Shown piece after piece: positions 51,389 to 63,508 of a stretch of 64,000 nt of DNA (positions within the stretch are counted from its first letter, which is position 1; every line of letters begins with the position of its first letter). Under the pieces are notes generated by a model, which was not told the DNA's origin, searched no databases, and saw only the letters and a list, made by a program, of their open reading frames with translations. This DNA is from Eremomyces bilateralis CBS 781.70 (Eukaryota), in NCBI GenBank assembly GCA_010015585.1, contig ML975159.1; one strand, given 5' to 3'. Position numbers and translations under genes: made by a program.

Positions 51389-52804
51389 CTATTCAGTGGT
51401 CTCCTTCGGTGCAGTGACCTGGTTCGCAGTGACCTCCTTCGCAGTGACCTCCTTCGCAGTGACCTCCTTCGCAGTGACCTCCTTCGCAGTGACCTCCTTC
51501 GCAGTGACCACCTTCGCAGTGACCTCCTTCGCAGTGACCACCTTCGCAGTGACCTCCTTCGTAGTGACCTCCTCCGCAGTGACCTCCTCCACAGTGACCT
51601 CCTCCGCAGTGACCTCCTTCGCAGTGACCTCTGCAGTGACCTCCTTCGTAGTGTCCTCTTTCGGAGCAGTGTCGTCTTTCAGGTCAGCGCCCTCCTTAGG
51701 ATCAGAGCTCTCCTTCGAATCAGAGCCCTCCTTCACTCCTCCTTTCTTCTGCTTACGGCGAAAAGCGCGCTTGATCTTCGACCACAATCCGCACCTGATC
51801 TTCATACCGAGGAACTTCCTCACCTTGAGTCTCACCTGCTCCTCCTCAGCCCCTGCAACAGCGGTCTCGCTTGTGGCACCTTCATCAGTGGTGTCGGGCG
51901 GCAGCACGCCGTTCAGCGCCTCAATGGTTTCGTCGGCCCAAGATGCAGTTTCCATCATCGCTCGGATATTTCGGGATTCGCCGCCGCCGAGGGGGCGGGG
52001 GCTGCTACTGATTGGGAGAGTGGGGCCGCTGAGAGGGCGGGGAGTGCCATTGAGCGCGCCGGGGGAGCCAGCAATCGGGGCGGGGAAACCACTGACAGGG
52101 CCGGGAAAACTAGCCACGGGGTGGATGGTGGCCCCAACCGGGTCGGCGGGGCTACCAATCGGGCCAAGGGTGCTAACACCAGGGTCGATGATGCCGCCAG
52201 TCGGGCCGGGGGGATCGCTAATTGGGCCGAGGGTGCTAGGAAAAAGGGCGGGAGATCGAGCAACCGGGGTGGAGGAACCCGCATGAAGGACTAGAGTGCT
52301 AGCCATCGCGGCGGGGCAGCTACCAATTGGGCCGATGAAACTGCCACGAGGGCCTGGGGAGCCAGTAATTGGGCTAGGAGAGCCACCAGCGGCGATGATC
52401 TCGTCATCGGTCAGATTGACCGGAGGGAATGCCGAAACATATCGTCCGAGGGTCGGCGGGGGGTCGATTCGGCGCACCCGTGCAGGAGTGCTATCGGTGC
52501 TTGAAGTAGGTGCCCCGCGGCTGCGCGTGATGTCAGTAGGCCTGGTCTTCTGTAACTTTCTGGGTCGCAGGGGTGGAGCTGGCGTGATCGGGATCATCCC
52601 CCCCGGGAGCTGAGGTTCGGGCTCCAGCCCCTCGTAAGGAGAGTAGGGTCCGTTGGGTCCGATTAGATAGTACGGCTCCTTGGACGGCCTGGGCTCCATG
52701 ACCAGGTATGGGTCCGATGGAGGACCGCGGGGAGCCCGGGGGGAGGAGAGAATGTCACCCATCGAGTCACGAGTGGGCTGGGTTTGTTCACTGCCGTTAG
52801 TCAT
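51389..52804 (-). CDS. Orphan low-complexity protein (471 aa): Pro/Gly heptad repeats, a basic patch and a C-terminal (K/E)EVTA pentapeptide array
   Basis: Longest ORF of the locus, with caccATG context after a CT-rich leader. It extends about 500 nt beyond the repeats, unlike the + strand ORFs. Confidence 0.6.
   Translation of the reverse strand: MTNGSEQTQPTRDSMGDILSSPRAPRGPPSDPYLVMEPRPSKEPYYLIGPNGPYSPYEGLEPEPQLPGGMIPITPAPPLRPRKLQKTRPTDITRSRGAPTSSTDSTPARVRRIDPPPTLGRYVSAFPPVNLTDDEIIAAGGSPSPITGSPGPRGSFIGPIGSCPAAMASTLVLHAGSSTPVARSPALFPSTLGPISDPPGPTGGIIDPGVSTLGPIGSPADPVGATIHPVASFPGPVSGFPAPIAGSPGALNGTPRPLSGPTLPISSSPRPLGGGESRNIRAMMETASWADETIEALNGVLPPDTTDEGATSETAVAGAEEEQVRLKVRKFLGMKIRCGLWSKIKRAFRRKQKKGGVKEGSDSKESSDPKEGADLKDDTAPKEDTTKEVTAEVTAKEVTAEEVTVEEVTAEEVTTKEVTAKVVTAKEVTAKVVTAKEVTAKEVTAKEVTAKEVTAKEVTANQVTAPKETTE
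51396..51662. repeat. 15-bp coding minisatellite GCAGTGACCTCCTTC, about 17 copies
   Basis: Units read directly at 15-bp spacing from 51411, with one 12-bp unit at 51621. Encodes KEVTA on the minus strand. Confidence 0.95.
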
Positions 52805-53189
52805 GGTGCGGGTGAAGAGTGTGAGATTGGTCTCAGATAGCGATTAGCAATGGAGACTGCTTCGCGCAGGTACATAAAGCGAAGGAGGTGTTCTTTCTCG
52901 ACAGGCGCTATAGGGTATAGCCGACTGGAGCATAAGCGAGGAGGATGAGGACGTTGTTTCCACCTTTGTTATCATTAACCGATCTATCACTCAATATTAG
53001 GAGAACAATTTAGAATAGGTGTTTCCGCGACAGTGATGGTGGGGATATTCTTACCGATAGACTCCAACAAACCGATGAAAAGTGCCAAATGCAAGATTCC
53101 AAATGACCTTTCACTCTTGGCGATGGTTAGTTGAATGTTTTTCTCTGACGGCTGGGCGACGATGAGGTAAGAAACTCACTCAACTTGAG

Positions 53190-53712
53190 GCAAGACGATG
53201 ATATCGGGTAGCCCCTGAAGACGTTTTGACTGAAAACGATGATCTCCCGTTGAATTTGTAGAGGCTCGTGGGTCAAATCGGCGAGCAGGTCGCGATCGCG
53301 ATGGTTGGGAAAGTGACTATGAAAGGATGGTGGCGGTGTGGGGAGGACAGTGAGGTTACTTCCATTCAAACCAAAGACAACGATGTCGAGCACCCCTGAA
53401 AACGTTTCGACTGGAAATGACGATTTCCCGTCGGGTCTGACGATGTTTTGGGATCTAATCGACGAGCTGATCGCGATGGCGGTAGTTGGAAAAGTGAGGT
53501 GTGAAGGATGGTAGTGGTGTTGTGAGGATAGCGAGATTCTCTCCATTCAAACCAGACGATAATGTCAAGTACCCCTGAAAACTTTTTGACTGAAATTGAT
53601 GGTTTCCTGTCAAATTTAGGTATGTCTGTAGGTCAGATCGACGAGCCGATTGAGATGGCGATGGTGAGGAAAGTGAGATGTAAAGGATGAGAGGGAGGGA
53701 GAAGAGTGAGGG
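53190..53712. repeat. Three diverged tandem copies of a ~180-bp unit
   Basis: CCCCTGAA..TTT(T/C)GACTG at about 53212, 53393 and 53572, each followed by ATCG.CGAGC..GAT.GCG.T.GT..G.AAAGTGA..AAGGATG. TCCATTCAAACCA marks the junctions. Confidence 0.85.
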
Positions 53713-53964
53713 TGAGATCAGGCGAGTGAACTTAGAAGCGGGAGGATGAGGACGACTGATTTCAGACAGGAATTGTGGCTAGGCGGCAGAAGCAGATGAA
53801 GGCAATGAACGCGTTCGGCACGGGCCGTTTTTTATCATAAACAAATTGGATATTGAAGTTTTGACACAGAAGCCTATCGAATCATATACTGCCAAAAAAC
53901 TCGATGGATATACCAACCCACGTGCAGTGGTAATAGCACGCTCATCAGATGCAATGCTATGCTT

Positions 53965-55818
53965 TCAATCCAAAAAGGTAAACAGATTCGTATGCACAAC
54001 GCTCAATGCTCGGTCGGCATCTCGCTCGTCTATGACACAAGAGATATTGATCTCGCTGGCACCTAATTGATTCCGTCAGTATGGGTACGGACCAGCAAAT
54101 TCTAGATGCAGATGCTAAAACAACCAGACTTTGAACAGCCACTTACCTTGCGAGATCATTTCGATATTGATGTTGTTATCACCTAACACACTGAAGAACT
54201 TCCCACTGATGCCAACCATGTTCTTCAGCTGCTTTCCCACGAGGCTGATGATGGCCATGTTCCCGATCAAGTCGACGTTCCCGAACTTGCGGAGTTCATC
54301 CACGGCCGCATGGAGGTCACGGTCCTGAATCTTCAACTCATCCTCCCCGCCGCCCGACAATAGCGCGCTTTCGCTATGGATCGCCATGGAGACATGGACC
54401 TCCGAGCTGGAGATCAAATCGACGGATAAATGCCACTTGTCGAGGATGTTGAAGATGCTCATCAGGAAGCCATGCGCACGCGTGCGCTTGTTGGAGTGCA
54501 CGTTCAGCACGATGATGTTGTGCTTGACAGTGACGGCAGTCGGCCGTTTGGGATGCATGATGTTCAATGCCAGATCGGTGCTCGAACGGCTGCGGTGGAA
54601 GAGACGGGAGTCGTGGCCGGGCGTGGCGCCGTATTTACGCTCCTCGGGATCAGGTATGATCACTGTGCCCACATTCCTTGGGTTAATCACATTCTTGATG
54701 CGGATGGGGATGCGGGCCCGGATCACCTGCTCCATGGTGAATGGATGAATGACTTCCGAGCCATAGAAGGTCAGCTCCGCCGCTTCGGAGGGTGACACCG
54801 ACGGGAGGAGCCGTGCGGTCGGGACTTTGCGTGGGTCGGCGGTGAAAATTCCGTCCACTTCTTTCCAGACCTGCAGTTCGTCGGCGTTGATCCCAACGGC
54901 CACCAGCGCAGCGCAGAGGTCCGTGTATCCACGGCCAATAGTATTTAAGAGCCCAGCAGGCACGGCACCAAAGTACCCAGTAATGACGGGCACTTTGTCA
55001 CCAGCAGATTGCACCTTTTCAGCCAGCGCCTTGGAAAGGTTGGTGTAGAAGCTGTCATCGACCCCGTGCGAAGTGTCAAACTTGATCACATCGGAGAGAT
55101 CGATGTACTGAGCAGGCACGCCTTGGTCCTCCAGCACTGCCGCCATGAACAAACAGCTGAGCTTTTCACCCTTGCTCACAATCTTATCCTCCACGCGGAC
55201 GCTGACTTCTCCCAGGTGCTGCGCAGCCTCCAGGATTCTGGTCAATCCGACACATTCAGCGGTGATGGCATCGGACAACGATGCAAGCCGGGCGGGAGAG
55301 GCAATGGTCTCCTTCGCGGCGCTGATATGCTCGCTGCGGATGGCTTCGACGATGGCATCGTAATTGCGCACGGTGGGTTTCTCGGCCTCACGAGCGGCAC
55401 GGAGGAGTCTGGCGTTTGATATTTACGTCAGCGTGTTTGCGGTCATATGAATCGGGAAAGAGGGGCAGCCACAAACCTGTTGGTGGTTCCTTCCGCCTTC
55501 GTATTGTTTGATCGGGCCGAGCAAACAACAGCAATGCGATTCTTCGCCAGGCCATCGCTGTTAAAGGAAATAAAGTCAGCTGTCACGCTCTCTGCACACC
55601 ATCTCACGCATTTCGGCCCATTTCGGCACGCCGATGTCGCTGCGCATGAAAAAGTTGACTCACCGTGCAATGTCCGCGATGTTCAGCGCACACTTGCCTA
55701 CACTGGTGCCGCCAAATTTCTGCACCACCCAGTTCCCACCGCCAGGCAAGTTCTTCTCCATTTCGTGCGGTATTGATTCCGACACGGGGTATGTGAGCCC
55801 GTTCGCCGTGGCCGCCAT
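53965..55818 (-). CDS. HOM3: Aspartokinase; 4 exons
   Basis: WVVQKFGGTSVGK, VVCSARS, IGRGYTDLCAAL, WKEVDGIFTADPRKVP, EAAELTFYGSEVIHP, ACT domains and a last exon GASEINISCVI..HTNLFTFLD*. Confidence 0.96.
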
Positions 55819-55828
55819 GTCAGTGGTC

Positions 55829-56591
55829 TGAGTCAGATGATTCGACGAGCAATTGCGGGCGGTGGACGCGATGTGTTCTTTGTATTCGGCGAGCTGGAGA
55901 GGGTAGAAGGGTGTGGGAGGGGATTGGCCGTAGGTCGTCGTGAGATATAGGTGACTGGGGGAGCGAGGAATGTGGACGGCTTTCGATCCGGCAAAGTGGA
56001 CTTTTGAGTCTTTTGAGGCTTTGGAGGCAATCAGTTGTGTCGTCCATGAGTCAGTCAGGCGGGCCGTTGGAGGGGTATCGCTCCAGCGCCGGTTGCCGAC
56101 ATGACTCATTAACATCGTGTCCCACGGCCTCTCGGATCCTCAGGCTCGCTGTCGGTTTCTAAGATTACTGGAAGGTGCATACACAAAGGGGGCCTGAAAA
56201 CAGATTATAGACTTCGCAGCCCGCCACCAGAGTTGATCGTCACTACGGCAATGGGAAAACGAGAGAATGGGCGCAGCTGACTTGGGCCTGGAATGACTGG
56301 TTCATACTTTGTGCACCCGGGGAAACGGCCAAAATTTATGCGAGCCCACTGGGTAATGAGCACGAAATACTTGCATGCAAGCCCACCCTGCAAACTCGGC
56401 AGGCACCGCAGGAGACATCCAGACTCATCGGGAACGATGCTGCAATCACCTGCATCGATTCTCCGCATTCTAATTGACGTTGCGGCGGATATACCCGACG
56501 GCCAAGGCTGATCGCGACGGTATAGTGTTGGAGAGTGAAGCACGGTGCACGGAACATTCGTTGTGTTTGAGATATTTCACACTTTGACTCA
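55829..56591. promoter_or_regulatory. Gcn4/CpcA (cross-pathway control) sites upstream of aspartokinase
   Basis: TGA(C/G)TCA at 55829-35, 56047-53 and 56585-91, plus a full ATGACTCAT at 56101-09. Fits an amino-acid biosynthetic gene. Confidence 0.7.
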
Positions 56592-57082
56592 TGGAGCACA
56601 ACCTCCGCCCCTATTCAAACTCATTTCAAAGGCACGATATTGCGCACCCGGAATGCTCCGACTGTCCACCAGCCTGCAATCAGACGTACTCGTTCGGCAT
56701 ATATCCCCAGCCCATGTAGTCACCGAAATTTATGGGGAATCCTTGCCAGATCCTCCTTCCCCAACGACCTCTCCTGCATCGATCCTCCATTGCGCGGTTG
56801 CTCTCAAGGAGCATGTCATACCCCTGACAACGAGGCCGACGGCTGCATTCGCAGATTGAACACCGCGTGACCATCATTCCGTCGTCCTGTCCATCTCATA
56901 ACCGTACCACAGCATAGTTTCCGGATCTTTCCAACCTGCCATGCCTGGTTGATACCGTCTTCTATTCCATCCTTGTTCCGACCGTGGGTAGCGATCGAAT
57001 CTCCTTTCACCGACGCTGTCATAGTTTAACATTCCTAAAAGATTCGTCGTTAATATTGTGCAGAGCCACCAGAATAGAGGTT

Positions 57083-58954
57083 TCATCGTCGCCAACCACT
57101 AGTAGTGCTGCCTCTATCATCCAGTTCTCGCTGCCTCTCAGCACTTTTGGATCGGCTTCGATTCCGACCGCCACCGAATGCGCGGTCAACATGGCGTCGT
57201 GGTGATGCATGCCTGGGGCGGTCAGGATCGTGTCGACGTCCGTCGCGGTCATCCTCTCTGTAATGACCTCGGTCGCGAGGCGGTTCTCGTCGGTCTACGT
57301 GATGGTAGTCGCGGTCTCGATATTGGCGCTCCCCCTGGCGAGGTTTGCGATTCGGAGTGTCGTCGTAATCTAAACTTGCCGACCGTCGGTTGAGCTCCCC
57401 AGGTTCGCGATCTCGCACCCTGGCACCATCGGAATACGCAGGAACGTAGCTGTCCGCATGTGGTTTGCGCTCACGGTCGTGAGCTCTGGGAGCGTTCCTC
57501 CCACTGTTCATGTGATAGCGACCGTCCGGTCCAGAATGATGGCTATGATGCCGATATGCTGCTCCTACGCCGGGTGCACGGCTATACGCAGCGCCACGGT
57601 CTCTCCAAATCAGCACGAGATGTAGAAATGTTGGGATGCTTGATTTACCATTGAAAAAGTCGTCATTCTGGCCGTTACCCATTTCACCACCAGCAGGCGC
57701 TGGAGGCAGGTTCGGTTTGCTCCGAACGGAGCGACGGTCGATCTCATGGGAGTCCTCGAATCTCGGAATCTCGTGTGGACGCAAAGGATACGGCTTCGTT
57801 CGGAAGTAGGGATGTTTTAGAGCATCGATCGCGTTGATTCTTCCCCGCCAATCGAGAGTCAGAAGCTTCTCTAACAAATCAAGCGCATCGGTGGAGAGTC
57901 TATAACACGTCAGTACCAACTGTGAATGGCGTGAGGAGATCCATACTCTCTGAAGATCTTCCGTAAGTTTCCACTCGTAGGCGCCCATATCTTGTTATAG
58001 ACTTCTCCGACGCCTGGCAGCTCTTTCCAACCAGGCATATTCTGGTCGCTCGGCGAACCCACGAGATTGAAGATTAATGTCGCTTGGTTCTCGTCACTGG
58101 TGCCGACGAGGATCGGTTTGCGCTTGAACATTTCGCCAAAGACGCAGCCGACTCCCCACATGTCCACGGCAGTCGTGTACTTGGTCAGTTTCATCAAAAG
58201 CTCCGGCGGTCGGTACCACCGTGTCACCACCAGGGCCGTATAGTCATGGGTTCCGGATCCGCCGCCTTGGCCAGGCTTCGGGGGAGAATCGAAATATGGA
58301 CGCGCAAGGCCAAAATCGGCAATTTGAAGAATGCCTTTGTTGCTGATCAGAAGGTTGGCCGCCTTCATGTCGCGATGCATGATCCGTGCCTCGTGGAGAT
58401 ATTCGAGCCCGGCAAGCAGTTGCAGCATATAGCTCTTGATCTGGCCTTCCGTGAAATCGACATCGGGGTTGTCAAGAAGTCCGGAGAGGTCATGCTCCAT
58501 ATAGGGTGTCACCATGTAATGAATATCCTTTTCTCTTGCTTTCACTGTTCAACTGTCAGTCGCTGGCAGGATATGCGTCACGTGATAAACTCACCTCCTC
58601 GCTTGACAGCCATCTCCATAAGTTTGAGGAGATTTGGATGGGATACTTGATTAAGAAGCTTGATTTCCCGAAGCGCTGTGATCGGGAACTGAGAAAAAAG
58701 GCATCAGTATTGAGCTACTGGTTGTCCAACGCGTGAACTAGCTTACGCCATCTTTCTCGCTGTGGATGATGATCTTCTTGAGCGCAACGATTTCCTTAGA
58801 GCGTGTATCACGGCATTTCCACACTTCACTGCAGGGTGTCAACAAATACTGCCGAAGGCCAAGGGATCACAGCTTACCCAAAAGTGCCTTCTCCGAGTTT
58901 CGCGATGAAGTCGAAGGTGGTGACCTTGGAAACGCCCTGGTATGGTCGGTCCAT
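57083..58954 (-). CDS. BUR1: CDK9-family kinase Bur1/Sgv1 (multi-exon; start uncertain)
   Basis: [83 protein letters not shown] and an R/D-rich tail. Confidence 0.92.
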
Positions 58955-60502
58955 GGCTTTAACGAGGAGCCTTCGGCACTGCTAATAGCAACAGTCGGAC
59001 AACCAAGTATCATAAAAGGGTCTGGATGATGCAAGGCCTTTGGCTAATTCCGGGATATGGATGGTGTCGAATATGTCATGACGGAGCAGGACGTAGGGTG
59101 GACCTCAATCGGGAGACGCGACTTGCTGCATCCATGAGCAAGTGAATCCGAGCGCTGGGGGGATCAGATCCCTTTATCGGAGAACAAATCAGAAATGCAA
59201 AGCGGTATGGAGCAGGCGTAATTAGCTGATTGTATAAATTGACTTGTGATAAGGTAAGGTATTTGATCTTGGAAGCGGGTCACGATCCGATCCAACTGAA
59301 TAAATCGCCTGCACTGGGACATCCCTGCTGAGATCTGTTGGCTGGTTGCGATGCTTGGCGCCGCCTTCCGAATAACCTCACATCCACCATTGTCCGTCAT
59401 TCCTGCTCGTTTCCTGCTCCATCCAAGCTCGTGCTGGTCTCATCTAGGTCTCAATCAAAGTGAAGTATGCGCACCAGCCATTCCTCAATGCCTTCCAATG
59501 CTAACGACCGCCAGCCCCCTCGCACACATCCACAATGGCGAGCCCATGGAGTACCCGTTACGGCGCCAGTCACCCGATCAAACCTCCCCACGTCCGTCCG
59601 TTCTACAGATATACCGCCATCGGGCTCGGCGCCAGCATGTGGTTTTTCGTACGACGCCCCAATTCATGGAACCGGGCGTGAAGCTGATAATCCGATAGAT
59701 CTTCTACCGAGCAAAGCAGGACCTCCCGGTGCTGCTGCACTGGAGACACCCTTGGGAACACCACGATTGAACGCACCTTGACACCACGATGAGGCAATAT
59801 AGGTCCGGTGAGGGTATGGCGATTGTGCTATTGAATCACGAACGGAGCACTGCATTCGCAAAGCTGGATCTCCGATCTGAGGGCATGGTCGAAGCATTGT
59901 ACATATTATGGCGCCGTCGGAGGCATGGCAATAGCAGAAACCGGTATACCTTGCCGTTTGAAATATGCGACAAGTTCTATTATCCCTCGCTCGACATGAC
60001 AATGGTGATCGATGCTGCCATTGAGACCTTGGGGAGAAAACGACCCATACCCCAGATGTTACCCCAGATGCACTCCACTGACGGGCGAACCCTCCAGCGC
60101 AAACAGGATAGTATATCTGCCACCGATTCCACTACGTTGTGACGTTAACGTTGTTCTAATTTATTCCAAATGCGGCTACATTTTTAGTGACTTGCAGCAT
60201 CGTTGCAAACCAATCCCGTTCTAGGATGTCACGGTGCCTCCACATAGCATGGATGGGGTAGATATCTTGTCATTTGATCGTTCAGATCCTGTATCAACTC
60301 TAGCTCAAGGTTTAGGACTGTCTAGAAAACACTTTGCCCCCGTAAAAGCCTGTCAAGGCTGACTTTTGCTCATGTCTACTCTAAAAAGGCATCGATAGCC
60401 CGAGTTGATCATAAGTGCACCAACCCGATGAGATACCACCCGTGCATATGATATATAAAATCCCAACCAACTCCAAAAATATGCATGAATGAAAATCTAG
60501 CC

Positions 60503-62004
60503 TCAGCCCGAATTTGAAGCAGCCGACGGTCGCCGTCCAAAGCTCGGCGTTGCCGGGCGACTCGGCGAAGGGAAAAACGAAATATTCCCCCTTAGCGCGA
60601 CATACTCGCTGTCCGCGTAGCCTAAGACCTCACGAATCTTCTTACTCTGCAGCCCCTTGATGCGTTTGATCTCTATGGATGAATAATTGACCACCGCGCG
60701 CCCCACTTCCGTGGGCGGCTCGTGATCGTGCTCGTGCGGGAAGTAATCGTCTTGCGGATGGGACAGGTCCGGCTTGTTTACGACGAACAGCCGCACGGCT
60801 TCCTGCTGCGAGAAGTGGCCCTCGACCTCCACCACGCCGACGGGGAGAAGGCCGTGCTTTTCGTAGAGTGCGGTGTATGCGCCGGCGTCGATGTAGATGG
60901 ACCCGCGGGGTGAAAGGCCGTAGAGGAGCCAGAAGTAGTTGTCTTTGATCGGACTGAGGTGGGGGAGGAAGCGGGTGTGGAGGGGGACGGAAACGGGGTT
61001 GGTCTGAGGTGATAATGGCTCGTCCTCGTCTATTTGCTCGGGGATCGAGACCGCGGCCGGGATGGTGGAAATGGCCCCGTTCCGAAGGGCGTCAGCGGAC
61101 CCGGGCTGCTGCAGGATCTGACTTCGACTCGGGGTCGATGGTGTGGATGCCCGCGTAATCTCTTTCTCTTTCTGTGATTCGACGTAGTCGACTATGGTTA
61201 CGACATTGCCGGGATTGCTGGATTTCATGATGATGGTTGTGACGCCCTTGGACGTTGCGAGGCGTGCTGCGACGATTTTCGTCCCCATGCCACCGGTGCC
61301 TAGGTTTGAGCCGCTACTCGAGGTGTCCGCCTCGATTGCGGTGATATCCTCGACCACTTCAATTGGCTTGGCATCGGGGTTGGTCCTGGGATTCTTGTCG
61401 TAGAGGCAGTCAACATCCGTCATCAGAAACAAATAGTCCGCTTGCACCATGCCGGCGGTGATGCCAGCCAGCGTGTCGTTATCGCCGAATTTGATCTCGG
61501 AGACCGAAATGGTGTCGTTCTCGTTTACAATTGGAATGACGCCCATCTTCAAGAGCGCGCTGAAAGCGTTCTGGGCATTCCGAAACTGCTCCATGTCGGC
61601 AATGTCGGTCCTGGTGAGCAGGATTTGCGCGACAGGTTGCCGTTGAAGGTCAAAGATATCATCCCAGAGTCGCATCAGACGACATTGTCCTATAGCGGCC
61701 AGCGCCTGCTTTTCGGCGAGGAGCTTTGGCCGTTTGGGCATGTTCATGAGACGGAGAGCCACGCCGATGGCGCCCGAGGAAACGATGACAACCTTATGGC
61801 CTTCTTGCCGTAGGTTCACCGCGGTCTCTGCAATCAAAGCCAAGTTTGATACGAGATACCGCCGTGATGTCTCGTCTACAATGGAGCTCGTCCCTAGATA
61901 TGGTCAGCATTGTATAGCCGGGATTGAAGTGGAAGCATGGAAGCATGATGAGATGCAGCCAACCACCCACCCAGCTTGATCACGATAGTAAGAGATCGCT
62001 TCAT
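60503..62004 (-). CDS. PRO1: Glutamate 5-kinase with PUA domain; 2 exons (intron ~61970-61894)
   Basis: Spliced MKRSLTIVIKLGTSSIVDE, VSSGAIG, QALAAIGQ, PIVNENDT, KFGDNDTL, LGTGGMGTKIVAA and PUA (GLLPVGVVEVEGHF). Confidence 0.96.
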
Positions 62005-62464
62005 CTTCAGAATATTTGTCTAGAGACTCTAGAAACATAGGAGATGAGGAGAAAAGAGAAGAGGAAAGAGATCGCCCGATTGAAATACTCATTCTTTCGG
62101 TGCCGCTGGTTCCCCGGTATTACGGTAATATCAAATTTAAACCTTGACGCTCCCTGATGTCAGACTCGAAAATTGTTCGGAGGTCATTCCTCCCCTGCAA
62201 TAGGTAATTAGGCTGCAGCCTGTAATACAGCTACCGAGCCACAGCCCGTTGAGAAGCTTGGAACATGAACCTTTGAATCCTCTTGCCTTGCACTGTTGAG
62301 GGTAGCACCGTTGCACGCCTTGCAAGTTGCACGCCCTTGCCACCCACTTCAAGCCGCCCACTTCAAGCCTCCGCCTGCATCGATCTGAAATAGATCCAAA
62401 TCTAATTAGTAGTCCCTTCGTCATTCCCCACGTTACCGCGGAGTGGCGGCCAATATACCTTCAC

Positions 62465-63240
62465 ATGTCCAACCCGGAGCTTCCGGAGACGTCATCTCCT
62501 ACCCACCCGCAGGACTACACTGCCCCCGACCGAAGTTTCTACACATGGTCCAATTTCTTTAAAGTCTTATTAGCCGGTGCCCCGGAGGAGCGGCAAAAGT
62601 ATCTGGCGGTGAGGGATGAGTTGCGGGAGGAAAAAGATTGCAAGCGATGCGAGTCGTTCAGAGATTGGGCGTTCAAGCGGAGTAAGTTTTCCATTGGAAA
62701 ACCCATTCGAGGCGCAGTTGTTAACCCACGATTTTCTTCCCAGGTCCTGTCGTCCGCTTTCTCCGCGATGAAATCAACAAGATCGGCCCCGACCTAGGCC
62801 CCCAACACGTCCGATGCAAGCGCTGCGTCCATGGCACGAAGGGCAGTACCTCTGGTGGCTTCTCCCCGGACTACGGCATCCTGCTCTGCGCGAACGAGCT
62901 GGTGAACAAGAAGCGGCTGGAGGACACGCTCGCACACGAGATGGTGCACGCGTACGACCACGTGCGGTTCAAGACGGACCCGGAGAACCTCCGCCACGCG
63001 GCGTGCATGGAGATCCGGGCGTCGATGCTCTCGGGAGAGTGTCGGTTCATGCGGGAGTTCTTTGGGCGTGGGCAGTATAAGATCACGTCGCAGTTTCAGG
63101 ATTGCGTGAGGAGGAGGGCGACGTTGTCGGTGCGAGCAAGGAGGCATTGTGAGGACGATGTGCAGGCGGCGACGGCGGTGAACCAGGTCTGGGAGAGCTG
63201 TTTTAACGACACGAGACCGTTCGATGAGATATATAGGTGA
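62465..63240 (+). CDS. ATP23: Mitochondrial inner-membrane protease Atp23 (peptidase M76); 2 exons (intron 62681-62743)
   Basis: [42 protein letters not shown] (HExxH), [28 protein letters not shown] and [17 protein letters not shown]. Confidence 0.95.
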
Positions 63241-63508
63241 TGATGGCGGCTTTGTACGATAGGGTGAAAGATCAGACGGGCATGTTTACGCTACAGACAT
63301 AGCTGATGTCGACTGACACTGTACGATTAGAGATATATACTGCTGTTCAAGCAGGGAACGCCGATGACCAACTAGATGACTCCACTATGATCCCAATGGT
63401 CCGGCCCGTTCATGATATAAGTTGCAAAAGACCCCGAATTCCGCCCGGTCTACTCCAAACGCCCCGATCTATGATATCCCACATGAAGTTCATACAGACT
63501 GGATTCAA

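Noticed and set aside
51287..52294. Plus-strand ORFs of 335 aa (RSDLL repeats) and 296 aa (AVTSF repeats)
   Set aside because: They are stop-free shadows of the repeats. The minus-strand ORF is longer, has a better start context and extends into unique sequence.
59488..60142. Two consecutive plus-strand ORFs that might be one frameshifted gene
   Set aside because: No recognisable motif or splice signals joining them, and the lengths are compatible with chance.
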